A stretch of DNA of 64,000 nucleotides, taken from sequence record MN988561.1. The stretch is one strand, 5' to 3'. Position numbers and translations under genes: made by a program. The notes beneath the pieces were generated by a model. That model made no database searches, was not told where the DNA came from, and was given only the letters and a program-made list of their open reading frames with translations. Below, piece by piece: positions 6,650 through 16,303 of the stretch; position 1 is the first letter of the stretch, and every line of letters begins with the position of its first letter.

Positions 6650-7353
6650 TGAAATTCAATATTGTTGAAATGCAAATTGATGGATATCTTCGGAAAGGCT
6701 CACTTCTTCTGACTAAAGAAGATCTGAAGATCCATATTCCTCGTAAGAAACGAGATCATTATATCGGTATCTCGACTATCACAGGATGTGGTAGAATGCT
6801 ATGGATGAATTATTTTCATCCAGAACTCATTAAGTGGCCTGATAATTCCAATAATGATCATAAGAGTGCAAGAATATTTGATTACGGTCATATCGTTGAA
6901 GACATTGTCGTTCAATGTCTTCTTCTAGGTGGAGCTGAGATCACAGGAACTCAAGATCGATACTCAGACTTTGGTGGAGTATTCAAAGGTCACTCAGATG
7001 GTATTATCAACGGGAAGCTCGTTGGTGAAATCAAGTCAATGAACGAAGACTCATTTAATGACTGGATAGAACGAGGTACTCGTAAGTCTAAGTGGGGATA
7101 TTATGTTCAGACTTTGATGTACGAATACTACTCCAAAACGTATGATGGAGTACTCATCTCGGCTAACAAGAATCGTGCCATCATGAAGTGCGAACACATT
7201 CCCTATGACGAAGAAGTAGTCAATTTTCATCTAGAGAAAGCTAAGAATATCGCTGAAGCTAAAAGCATGTGGCATATCGAGAAAGAATTCATTGAACAAG
7301 ATATCGATAAGTGCACATTCTGTCCTCTGAGGAAAGCTTGTCATGGTTACTAA
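6649..7353 (+). CDS. Cas4-like PD-(D/E)XK exonuclease
   Basis: N-terminal GCGR, GHSDG...EIKS, QTLMY, C-terminal CTFCPLRKAC (1+3 Cys pattern). Confidence 0.8.
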   Translation: MKFNIVEMQIDGYLRKGSLLLTKEDLKIHIPRKKRDHYIGISTITGCGRMLWMNYFHPELIKWPDNSNNDHKSARIFDYGHIVEDIVVQCLLLGGAEITGTQDRYSDFGGVFKGHSDGIINGKLVGEIKSMNEDSFNDWIERGTRKSKWGYYVQTLMYEYYSKTYDGVLISANKNRAIMKCEHIPYDEEVVNFHLEKAKNIAEAKSMWHIEKEFIEQDIDKCTFCPLRKACHGY

Positions 7354-7648
7354 AGTAGTCAATATGCACAAAGATCGTCATTTTGATATCGATATCACAC
7401 GCAATGGAATGTATGGCAACCCATTTATTCTTGGTAAAGATGGTGATCGAGTAAATGTAATTAACAAATTTAGAGACTGGATCAAAGGTATTAGTTGTCA
7501 AGAAGTGGAGCCAATTCGACGTAGAAGCATAGTTGAAAGCCTTCCTTCTATGAAGGATAAGGTACTAGGATGTGTATGTGCTCCTAATCCTTGTCATGGT
7601 GATGTTTATGTGGATTTCATTGAAGGAGTTGAAGAGATAATATGTTGA
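7343..7648 (+). CDS. DUF4326 family protein
   Basis: VVN..D.F..DI.R...GNPF...LGCVCAPNPCHGDV signature. Confidence 0.85.
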   Translation: MVTKVVNMHKDRHFDIDITRNGMYGNPFILGKDGDRVNVINKFRDWIKGISCQEVEPIRRRSIVESLPSMKDKVLGCVCAPNPCHGDVYVDFIEGVEEIIC

Positions 7649-8145
7649 AATGGCGTAAGAGATTTCTTAGGTTGGCTAGAGAGGTCGCATCCTGGAGTAA
7701 AGATCCTTCGACAAAAGTTGGATGTGTAGTAGTCGACCCTAAGACTAAGAAGATTATCTCACTCTCATACAATGGATTTCCTCGCAATCATCCTGACGAT
7801 GAAGAGTTGTACAAAGACCGACAGTATAAGCTTGATAATATTATCCATGCAGAGATGAATTCGGTCATCGGTAATGATGTCAACGGGATGGATTTATATG
7901 TCTGGCCATTCTTCTGTTGTTCAAATTGTGCTAAACATGTAGTTCAATCAGGTATTAAGATGGTATGTTCATCTAATCTTACACCTGAAAGATGGATAGA
8001 TGATCTTAACAAATCTAAGAGTATATTTGAAACTAGTGAAGTTGAATATATTATCTTCAAAGATAAATTCCTAGATATGTCCGAAGATGAAATAGAAATC
8101 GAAGTCATAGTAGATGAAGGTTATATTAAACCTGCAAGTTGGTAA
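7642..8145 (+). CDS. dCMP deaminase
   Basis: WSKDPSTKVGC, YNGFP, HAEMN and CCSNC zinc-deaminase motifs. Confidence 0.9.
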   Translation: MLKWRKRFLRLAREVASWSKDPSTKVGCVVVDPKTKKIISLSYNGFPRNHPDDEELYKDRQYKLDNIIHAEMNSVIGNDVNGMDLYVWPFFCCSNCAKHVVQSGIKMVCSSNLTPERWIDDLNKSKSIFETSEVEYIIFKDKFLDMSEDEIEIEVIVDEGYIKPASW

Positions 8146-8147
8146 TA

Positions 8148-9860
8148 ATGGCATCTCGTAGAATTTACAGTCAGCAAGAAATTGATAAGATTACTCCAAT
8201 GGTCTGGAGGGAGATTGATAAACAATTTCCTTTCGATAGTGCTCGTTCAGGTCAGAAAGATCTGATTTTCAGAATTGTTAAAGCTTATATGGAAGGCAAG
8301 AAGTACTTCATTCTTGAAGCTCCTACTGGTACAGGTAAGTCAGTTATTGGTACAACTGCTGCAAAAGTGATTTCAGCACTATTCACTCTAGAAGCAGAAG
8401 ACGATAAGAAGGCTCCTCCTAGCAATAGTTGTGTATGTACTAAGACGAAAGCACTTCAGAAACAGTACTCTGACTCCTTTCCAGATATCGTTACACTCTG
8501 GTCAAAGACAGGATATCCTTGTAACCTAGAACCGTACAATCCGGATGCTTATTACGGATCGTATACATGTTCCAAGAAGTACTGCAAGCTATTCAATGAA
8601 TGTAATTTCAGAGTAGCTCGTGAGAAGTTTAACAGTGCTAGTACTGGTACACTCAACTATGCGTACTACTTGAATTTTCGTCATTATCGATCAAAAGTAC
8701 TAGTGCTTGACGAATGCCATACACTAGAGCAAGTTCTATGCAATCACCTGAGTGTTAAGTTCAATGTAGAATTCACTCATCGTACTCTACAAGTTATGCT
8801 TAAGTACGATTTGATATCCTCTGAACTAGCTTCTAAACTTTATGCACTGCTGACTAATGCGATTTCTATCAAGGATACAATGCCGAGATGGTTTCTTGTT
8901 ATGAAGTCGATCATTCAAGCTATGAAGCCTATTGTATCCCTGATGGTATCGAATTTTAATAGTCTTCAGGATGAAATTGATATGGGTAACTATACAATTG
9001 ATCCTACGGCTAAGAAGAATCTGTACCATCATGCTGGTTTAGTGAATACTCTAGAAGGTAAGTTACAGAAGCTACTTCATTCTTCTGTTGAATGGGTTAT
9101 TTCTGAACGTAAGGACAATGACTTCATTGAATTGAAGCCTGTGGAATTGCATGAAGAGGCACATATTCTATTCAATAGATGTGAGTTCGCAATCTTAATG
9201 TCTGCTACGATCTGTGGTATTCAAGTCTTCGCAGAGAATCTTGGCATCAAGTTACATGAGTATTCATCAACTCAGTTGAATTCTACTGTACCTATTGAGA
9301 ATCGTCGAGTATATTCTGTTGGACTACCTTCATTCTCTCGTGAAACTAAAGAAGAAGTATTTCCACTTTATGTCCATGTTATGGACGAGTTGATTAGTCA
9401 ATTTGCACCTAATGATCGAGGAATCATTCATAGTGTATCTTACGATAATGCGAGATTTATCGTTGATAATTCTAAGCATTCTCACCGTATGAAGATTCCT
9501 GAATCTTACGAATTGATGCATATCAAAGACTATATGTCAATGGAAGATGATCGTATTATCGTGACTCCTGCAGCAATCGAAGGTCTTGATCTTGAAGGTG
9601 ATCTATCCAGATTTCAAGCATTCTTGAAAGTACCTTATCCATATCTTGGAGACAAGTGGGTAGCTCGTAAGAAAGAAATCAGTAATGATTGGTACCTGCG
9701 AGAGACTATCTCAGCTATCGTACAAGGTGCTGGACGAAGCGTTCGTGGTGGTGATGATTATGCTACCACTTTTATTATGGATAGTAATTTTGATCGCTTA
9801 ACTTATCGAGGAGATTTGATTCCTCAATGGTTCAGTGAAGCTATTGTTAAATTAGGTTAA
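8148..9860 (+). CDS. DinG/Rad3-family SF2 helicase
   Basis: EAPTGTGKS, DECH, Cys cluster (Fe-S), MSAT, EGLDL, QGAGRSVR. Confidence 0.88.
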   Translation: MASRRIYSQQEIDKITPMVWREIDKQFPFDSARSGQKDLIFRIVKAYMEGKKYFILEAPTGTGKSVIGTTAAKVISALFTLEAEDDKKAPPSNSCVCTKTKALQKQYSDSFPDIVTLWSKTGYPCNLEPYNPDAYYGSYTCSKKYCKLFNECNFRVAREKFNSASTGTLNYAYYLNFRHYRSKVLVLDECHTLEQVLCNHLSVKFNVEFTHRTLQVMLKYDLISSELASKLYALLTNAISIKDTMPRWFLVMKSIIQAMKPIVSLMVSNFNSLQDEIDMGNYTIDPTAKKNLYHHAGLVNTLEGKLQKLLHSSVEWVISERKDNDFIELKPVELHEEAHILFNRCEFAILMSATICGIQVFAENLGIKLHEYSSTQLNSTVPIENRRVYSVGLPSFSRETKEEVFPLYVHVMDELISQFAPNDRGIIHSVSYDNARFIVDNSKHSHRMKIPESYELMHIKDYMSMEDDRIIVTPAAIEGLDLEGDLSRFQAFLKVPYPYLGDKWVARKKEISNDWYLRETISAIVQGAGRSVRGGDDYATTFIMDSNFDRLTYRGDLIPQWFSEAIVKLG

Positions 9861-9862
9861 TT

Positions 9863-10171
9863 ATGAGCAAATATCGTACAGTACATACTCTCAAAACGCT
9901 TGCACCATTCTACTATGCTGTAATGGGTGGTGAGAAGACATTTGAGATTCGTAAGAATGACCGACAATTTCAGAAGGGTGATCTTCTAGTCCTTGATCTT
10001 TACGAACCAGATGCTCAAACAAAGAATAGTGTGATTAGACCAGTATCTATTTACTGTGAAGTAACTTGGGTACTCGCTGGAGGTCAATTTGGTATTGAGC
10101 CAGGATATGCAGGACTAGCTATTCGTAATCTTGTTTTGCAGGAATTCAACGAATTAAGAGGTCCTTTCTGA
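9863..10171 (+). CDS. ASCH/DUF3850 domain protein
   Basis: HTLKT...FY.AV..GEKTFEIRKNDRQFQKGDLL. Confidence 0.85.
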   Translation: MSKYRTVHTLKTLAPFYYAVMGGEKTFEIRKNDRQFQKGDLLVLDLYEPDAQTKNSVIRPVSIYCEVTWVLAGGQFGIEPGYAGLAIRNLVLQEFNELRGPF

Positions 10172-10178
10172 TATTATT

Positions 10179-10207
10179 CAGCGAATCTGACGTCTAAAAG
10201 CCTTCCT
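10179..10207 (+). promoter_or_regulatory. Conserved bipartite motif copy 1 (candidate phage promoter)
   Basis: CAGCGAA-N10-AAAAGCCTTCCT in the intergenic gap before the HD-PolA operon. Confidence 0.6.
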
Positions 10208-10239
10208 TTCTACGACCCCTTAGATGAGATCGATACTTT

Positions 10240-10899
10240 ATGAAAGACATTGTCTTTAATCCTCTCCTTAAGATCTCTAGTGTGAACCGGTATTCCGGAG
10301 TTTATCTGACCAAGAATGAGTCAGTTTCAGATCACACTACTCAAACTGGATTACTATGTATTCTAGTTGGCAACGAGATCAATAAACGTCTTGCGAAATT
10401 GAAATCCTCTGTTAGAGTGAATCTCGAGAAATTAGCCTACAAGGCTTTAATCCACGATCTCGAGGAATCCAAGACTTGTGACACTCCTAGAAATGTTAAA
10501 TACTTCAATGACTTGATTTATCAAGAATTTGAGAGAAAGGGTGATGAACTATCTGAACTCTATGAATTTCCTGAGCTCTATGAGCAATGGAAAAATGCTA
10601 AGGATAAGACTCTAGAAGGGTATATTCTTAAAATCTGCGATATGATTCATGTCGTACGTAAACTAGTTGATGAAGTTGTACTTCTTGGAAATCTTAACAT
10701 GCTTCAGGTAGCACTGGAGTTGAAGGATCATCTGAAGAAGACTCACGATTATATTAATAAGATTACAGATCTACCTGCTGAAGCGATTGACGTCTTTAAT
10801 GAATTGACGATTTTCTCATTGGATACCGTTAACTATATTCTTAAGAAACATCAATCGGAGATTACAGATTATAACTTTACATCTCTGAAGAGCGCATAA
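10240..10899 (+). CDS. YfbR-like HD-domain 5'-deoxynucleotidase
   Basis: NRYSG, ESVSDHT, LIHDLEE..CD.P..VKYFN, KICD. Confidence 0.85.
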   Translation: MKDIVFNPLLKISSVNRYSGVYLTKNESVSDHTTQTGLLCILVGNEINKRLAKLKSSVRVNLEKLAYKALIHDLEESKTCDTPRNVKYFNDLIYQEFERKGDELSELYEFPELYEQWKNAKDKTLEGYILKICDMIHVVRKLVDEVVLLGNLNMLQVALELKDHLKKTHDYINKITDLPAEAIDVFNELTIFSLDTVNYILKKHQSEITDYNFTSLKSA

Positions 10900-13800
10900 T
10901 GTCCTTAGAAATTGAATCCATTATTAACAAAGTTGATCTGACTAGTGATGTTCGTGTATGTCACATGTGCCCACTAGCTGAGAAGTTTGGTGGATGTGAT
11001 AATCTTGGACGAGTATCTTTTGAGATTGTAGGTCAGAATCCTAAGGTTCTACTTGTAGGTGAAGCACCTGCAGCTGAGGATCTGAAATCTGAACGACCAT
11101 TCAGTAGTCAGTCTGGTTCATTCTTGAGAATGGCGATGGCTGAAATTGGCATTAATGATTACGCTCTAGCGAATGTGATCATGTGTCAACCTAAGAGTGT
11201 AAATATCTACACTCCGACTCCTGAAGAGTCCGCTCACTGTAAAGCACATATTCAAAGATTTGTTGAAAAGTACAAACCTGAGACAGTCATCTTGCTCGGA
11301 CGAGGAGCATATGAAGTCATTCTACCAGAGAGTTACTTCGCAGGTCAGTCAGTTACGAATGTAACCAAGAAGAAGGCTATCGAAATTGATGGTGTACGTT
11401 ATGGAGCAGCATTTCATCCATCGTATATCTTCCGTAATGGTGGTAAAGAATCACCACAGTACATCGACTTCTTGAATCGATTGAGACGACTGACTCAGAA
11501 TAGTGTTGATGCAGAATTCATCGTACCGTTTAAGATCGTTAATCTCGATCAACTAGATGAGACTCTCGAAGAGTTTGATGTCTACAAAGAACTAGGCTTC
11601 GACTATGAAGGTACCTCGCTTGATCCGTATGACGTCAATTATCAGGTTCTCGGACTTGGTATGTCATCGATGGACAAGGCAGTTTATATCGACTTTCATC
11701 GAGAGCCTACTCAAGAAGAAAAGAATAAGATATCTGACTTCATTCGTAAGAAGCAGATGTGGGTTTATAACGTCAACTATGAAACCAAAGTTACATGGTC
11801 TAAGTTGAGTAATGATCTTATTCGATTCCACGATGCGATGACTCTTGTAAAGATCGACTGTTCTCCTGGATCACTGAAGGACAATGCTCGTAAATATCTG
11901 AATGCAGAAATCTGGGAAGAGATCGTAGGTAACTTGACTACCTTGTTCTACGATATCTTCCAATTTATGAAGAAGATTGAGGAGAAATCTCCTAAACTAT
12001 ATAATGCTTGTAGACAAGCTAATATGGAGGCGATCTATCTTCTTAAGGAAGATACTGCTGAGAAAATCACTGGTGGTAAGAAGAATCCTAAGGTTACGAG
12101 ATATCGTACCAAGCAGGCAGATCATGCAGACTACATATCTGCTAAGATCTCTGCACTTAGAGAATTCTGCTCTGATGAAGATATCCAACGTGGATTTACT
12201 AAGTTTCCTTACGAGTGGGCAGCTGTTCCTCCGAAGATTCTAGGTGAATACTGCTGCTACGACTCTTATTACACACTAGGTCTTAAGAATCATCTGTGGG
12301 ATAAGTATAAGAGCGTTTACCAGTATTATATCACCCAAGGGTGGCTAGGCTCTACGATGGAGAGCTATGGTCTGAATTGGGATGATGATAAAGCTTCTGA
12401 GCATGAACGATTCTATCTCGTTGAAGCTACGACATGCTTGAATCAGATCATTCAGAAATTGGATTTTGGTGAGAAAACTCTTGATATTCATACAAGAGCA
12501 AGCATGATTTTCAATGACTCTAGTCTTCCTGATGCTAGGAAACTCATTGATCTGAAAGGTATCTTTAATCCAGGTACTCCAGATAAACTTAAACAGAAAC
12601 CCTTCTGGGATAAGTACGTAACTGACTTTACGACTGCAATATCCATCTATCTTGTTCTCAGTGAACAGATTCTAATGTCTCCAATCATTCCTGACCAAGC
12701 GATTGAGTTAGTCGATCGTCAAGATCTCAATAAAGCTATTGAGAATTTGATGTCAGTAGATTGGACTAAGTACGATGGAGTTGATCTTAAGACTGCCAAG
12801 TCAATTCAGAAATTGATGATGGATCTTATTGGTACACTCGATGAGAAGATCGGATGGAAGCTATATGCATTCAGAAGTGATGTTCTAGAGTGGCAATATA
12901 AAGCTCACGAAACGTACGGTGGACTAGATATCGACAATCGTGAGACTTGGACTCCTGAGTTCGAGTTGTTATATCTTCTGAGAAGATATAAAAAGGTTGA
13001 GAAGAGTAAGAATACGTACATCAATGGTAAGGTAGGTAGAGCACGAGTATGGTTGTCGACAGTCGATGATTACCAGAAGCCTCCTGTTCGACTGAAGCGT
13101 TACTTTGATGTTATGGAAGAGAGACAGTGGAAGAAGTATGAACTTCAGCATAACGAGAGATGGATTCTTGATACAGAATTCAATGTTGCTGGTGCAAATA
13201 CTAAACGATGGAAAGCAGCTATTCATACTGTTCCATGGGGATCAGAACTCCGAGAGATCTATGCATCTCGTTGGTGGGATGGTCTGTTTATGCATTACGA
13301 CTACTCTCAGGCAGAAGTTCGAATTCTAGCAGCTATCTCTCAGGATAGAGCACTACTGGAAGCATTCGCTGATCCTGATACTGACATTCACATGTTCGTT
13401 GCATCTCGAATCTGGAAGAAAGATCCTAAGGATGTGACTCCAGCTGAGCGTCGATATGCTAAGGTCTGCTCGTTCTCGATTTTGTACGGTAAGTCTATCG
13501 AAGGATTTGCTACTGAACATACCAAGGGTGATGTTGCAGCAGCTAAGCGTATCTTTGATGACTTCTATGCAGCATTCCCTCAAGTTAAGGAGTGGATTGA
13601 GAAACAGCATAGAGATGCGAAAGTATCTGGTAAGGTCTTTACCTTATTCGGAGATCCTCTGTATCTTGATATGTCGGACCCTAATGGTGCTATGCGTGAT
13701 GCTCAAAACTGGCCAATTCAGTCCTCGAGCAGCTGTGTAGCAGGATGGGCTATCTGGATGAACTACGAGTTTTCTAGAAATAGAAACATTCCGATTCTTC

Positions 13801-14228
13801 CAATGGTCTTTACTCACGACTCTCACGATATGGAATTCAGATGTCAACATCTATTCGAGACGATTGATACTGTTCTCGAAACTGCAGTTGATCTACCTAA
13901 GCGTAGATTTAATCTTCCGATGAAGATCGACTGGGAAATCGGTGTTAATCAGTCTGATGCAATTGAGTTCAAAGAAACATCTCGATTTGATGAAGGTCGA
14001 GGTCGTACGTATCACTTTGAATGCAATGAAAATGCAATGATGCCTGTATTCGATCGTCTAAAGAACTACTTTGACATCGAATATGAAGTCACTTCTAGAG
14101 AGACTGAGAGAGCATCGCTGAAAGAAATGTTCGTTGCAAGACGAGCATTCTCTAAGTATCTTGGTACAGATGTAACCGTCGTAGGTGGTAACCTCAAACT
14201 AGTGAAGAAAAATGGGATAAAAATATGA
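10899..14228 (+). CDS. polA: Family A DNA polymerase with N-terminal family-4 uracil-DNA glycosylase-like domain
   Basis: CHMCPL, GEAP, HPS UDG motifs; FDYE, YNVNYE, YCCYDS exonuclease motifs; DYSQAEVR, RRYAKVCSFSILYG, THDS polymerase motifs A/B/C. Confidence 0.93.
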   Translation: MSLEIESIINKVDLTSDVRVCHMCPLAEKFGGCDNLGRVSFEIVGQNPKVLLVGEAPAAEDLKSERPFSSQSGSFLRMAMAEIGINDYALANVIMCQPKSVNIYTPTPEESAHCKAHIQRFVEKYKPETVILLGRGAYEVILPESYFAGQSVTNVTKKKAIEIDGVRYGAAFHPSYIFRNGGKESPQYIDFLNRLRRLTQNSVDAEFIVPFKIVNLDQLDETLEEFDVYKELGFDYEGTSLDPYDVNYQVLGLGMSSMDKAVYIDFHREPTQEEKNKISDFIRKKQMWVYNVNYETKVTWSKLSNDLIRFHDAMTLVKIDCSPGSLKDNARKYLNAEIWEEIVGNLTTLFYDIFQFMKKIEEKSPKLYNACRQANMEAIYLLKEDTAEKITGGKKNPKVTRYRTKQADHADYISAKISALREFCSDEDIQRGFTKFPYEWAAVPPKILGEYCCYDSYYTLGLKNHLWDKYKSVYQYYITQGWLGSTMESYGLNWDDDKASEHERFYLVEATTCLNQIIQKLDFGEKTLDIHTRASMIFNDSSLPDARKLIDLKGIFNPGTPDKLKQKPFWDKYVTDFTTAISIYLVLSEQILMSPIIPDQAIELVDRQDLNKAIENLMSVDWTKYDGVDLKTAKSIQKLMMDLIGTLDEKIGWKLYAFRSDVLEWQYKAHETYGGLDIDNRETWTPEFELLYLLRRYKKVEKSKNTYINGKVGRARVWLSTVDDYQKPPVRLKRYFDVMEERQWKKYELQHNERWILDTEFNVAGANTKRWKAAIHTVPWGSELREIYASRWWDGLFMHYDYSQAEVRILAAISQDRALLEAFADPDTDIHMFVASRIWKKDPKDVTPAERRYAKVCSFSILYGKSIEGFATEHTKGDVAAAKRIFDDFYAAFPQVKEWIEKQHRDAKVSGKVFTLFGDPLYLDMSDPNGAMRDAQNWPIQSSSSCVAGWAIWMNYEFSRNRNIPILPMVFTHDSHDMEFRCQHLFETIDTVLETAVDLPKRRFNLPMKIDWEIGVNQSDAIEFKETSRFDEGRGRTYHFECNENAMMPVFDRLKNYFDIEYEVTSRETERASLKEMFVARRAFSKYLGTDVTVVGGNLKLVKKNGIKI

Positions 14229-14956
14229 GTCGAGCAAAATCACTGATCGACATGATTAAAGGAACCAAGAACGAGTCTGGTGACGATGACGACGAAATCT
14301 CAAATCGTCGTCGTGGTGGTACTTGGATTGATCCTCATCATGTTGACGCAGCATCCAAGAATCTGAAGCGTACTCAGTCATTCTACAAGAAGGCTAGTAA
14401 TGCTAGCTCAGTTGAAGATCAAGAGTATTGGTTAGCTCGAGTCTTTAACAAGAATGCTGTTGCTAAGAGAATCTCCTCTGGATTCTATAACAAGGAAGCT
14501 AAGGCAGGAGTCGTAGGCGTCGATGACGTTGAAGATCTGTCAGCATCTCTTGTTACAGGTAATCCAAGAGCATCGGGTCGTGTTACGACTAAGGATCACA
14601 CACGTAATCCTGAAGAGATCTTTGCTGCTAACCAGATCGTTAAAGCTCTCTACGATACGATTGACAAGAAGTGGCCTGGACGTCCTCAGAACAAGATGGT
14701 TCTGACATACTTCCTCAAGGTCAATAAAGCTGATCATCTTATTAACTTTAAGCTTCCATACGATGATCGTGTGGAAGAAATCATCTCTTCTATTGAGAAA
14801 TATGCTAAAGACAATAACTCCAAGATTACTTGGACTACTCCTAAGCAGTTTCAGAATTTTTCAGGTATTGAAGACAGAATGTATGCAAAGGTCATGCAGT
14901 TCCTAGCAGATAATGCTGTAGAATTGGGTGCTCTTATCATTCGAGGTAAGAAATAA
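14225..14956 (+). CDS. Hypothetical protein, weakly sigma-factor-like, with MSRA N-terminal motif
   Basis: DDVEDL and NPEEIF..QIVKALYDTIDK...KMVL resemble ECF sigma region 2 and the entry to region 4; paralogous to 15399-16055. Confidence 0.45.
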   Translation: MSRAKSLIDMIKGTKNESGDDDDEISNRRRGGTWIDPHHVDAASKNLKRTQSFYKKASNASSVEDQEYWLARVFNKNAVAKRISSGFYNKEAKAGVVGVDDVEDLSASLVTGNPRASGRVTTKDHTRNPEEIFAANQIVKALYDTIDKKWPGRPQNKMVLTYFLKVNKADHLINFKLPYDDRVEEIISSIEKYAKDNNSKITWTTPKQFQNFSGIEDRMYAKVMQFLADNAVELGALIIRGKK

Positions 14957-15303
14957 TGGACCAGAGAGTACTTGACGTTCTAGCTCAAGGATATATTAAT
15001 CGTGAGCTTACACTACCAGCCGCTGATCTATCTAAGGCTGTTATTTATATTGTTAATTATCATGTTAGACATAAGACAAGTGGACTGGCAGATCTAAAGA
15101 CTGCTTATGGTAGTCCTGAGTCTTCTAATCTGGCAGTTAGGTTCTACTCTACAGGTCTATTTAATGGTGTTGTAGATAATGATTCTAAGAGCTCAGATCT
15201 ATTCTGGTCTCTATTCAATTCGATGACTACATCTCTGATGATTGAGTCCATCAATGAATCGTTAGCTGAATCCTCGAAAGAAGTTGAAGTGATCGCCGAA
15301 TAA
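14956..15303 (+). CDS. Hypothetical protein
   Basis: 115-aa ORF translationally coupled (TAATG) to the upstream gene. Confidence 0.7.
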   Translation: MDQRVLDVLAQGYINRELTLPAADLSKAVIYIVNYHVRHKTSGLADLKTAYGSPESSNLAVRFYSTGLFNGVVDNDSKSSDLFWSLFNSMTTSLMIESINESLAESSKEVEVIAE

Positions 15304-15398
15304 AGGCGCTTACTTGTTGGGTAAATGGGTGCAGTTAGGCTCTTGGAGGGATTCTTATTCGGTGAGCCCTCCAAGGCTTCCAGAAAGAGGGTAATGTA

Positions 15399-16055
15399 AT
15401 GGCTAGCGATAGACAGATGAAAGGTTACATCTGGGGAGAGCAAATCCTGGATCATGCTCACATTGAGCATTATGCAAGGGCGATGAGATCCGATGATGTA
15501 CGTACCGAGGAGTACTGGTACCAGGCAGTATTTCATGGGAAGAACCACTCTAAGGTTCTTCAGTCGGAAGTCTTTCATAAGAAAATCCGCAACAACGTTA
15601 CAAATAAAGTAGAAGTTGAGACTCTGGTTTCTACTTCTAACTCTGACGTCGTTAATGATGTTCTAGCAGAGGAGAGAAAGAATGAAGTAAAATATTCTCG
15701 AGTTATCGAGGATGATAAGGTCGGTAATATGTCCGACTATCTTCCCGATGCAACTGTTGGGTTCTCAGTTATTATCAGAGAAATAGCTGACAAATGCAAC
15801 GATGATGAAATCAAGGTCCTGAGCTACTTTGTATGTCAGGAACATCTGGATAATATCCTATTCGAGGGGAATTCGATTCATTCATCAAACGATCGCTTCA
15901 ATCGTACGATCCTAGGTATCTGGGAAAAGAATGTGAAGAGCATCAATGATCTGAATCGATTTGTAGGTACTCGTGCTCGTGCTGATAAAGCTAGGTGGAG
16001 ACTCTGCAATCTCTTGAAGAAGGAGTATCCTGAACTCTTGTCAGGAAAACGATGA
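15399..16055 (+). CDS. Hypothetical protein, paralog of 14225-14956, candidate sigma-like factor
   Basis: EEYWYQAVF vs QEYWLARVF; IKVLSYF vs KMVLTYF; similar C-terminal helix-turn-helix-like spacing. Confidence 0.45.
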   Translation: MASDRQMKGYIWGEQILDHAHIEHYARAMRSDDVRTEEYWYQAVFHGKNHSKVLQSEVFHKKIRNNVTNKVEVETLVSTSNSDVVNDVLAEERKNEVKYSRVIEDDKVGNMSDYLPDATVGFSVIIREIADKCNDDEIKVLSYFVCQEHLDNILFEGNSIHSSNDRFNRTILGIWEKNVKSINDLNRFVGTRARADKARWRLCNLLKKEYPELLSGKR

Positions 16056-16291
16056 GTCCATCTAACAAGCCCTATGACCCAAAGTTAGACACAATCATCT
16101 ACGAAAATAGACATCCTGAAACGGGTTTGTGCATCTCGGTGCATAAATACGGAAGCAGTGAACCGAAGATCAAGTTAGGTCCAAGAATCGTCGGTGACGA
16201 CTCCAAACCTGTCTACTTGAAATTAGGTAGAATATCTATAAACGAGTTTTTGTGGATATCCGAGGTCCTAAAACCCTACGTTAAATCTTAG
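16052..16291 (+). CDS. Small protein, possibly PC4/YdbC-like ssDNA-binding fold
   Basis: CISVHKY..SEPKIKL...KLGRISINEF pattern. Confidence 0.4.
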   Translation: MSPSNKPYDPKLDTIIYENRHPETGLCISVHKYGSSEPKIKLGPRIVGDDSKPVYLKLGRISINEFLWISEVLKPYVKS

Positions 16292-16303
16292 AGGATCTAA
16301 AAC

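Noticed and set aside
7536-7550. GAAAGCCTTCCTTCTA as a fourth promoter-motif copy
   Set aside because: It is inside the DUF4326 coding sequence and lacks the upstream CAGCGAA half. The same applies to the - strand AAGCCTTCCT near 54155-54165.
3793-15375. GGGATTCT-containing hairpins before the ligase and before 15399
   Set aside because: Only two intergenic cases and a short match, so not distinguishable from chance or ordinary hairpins.
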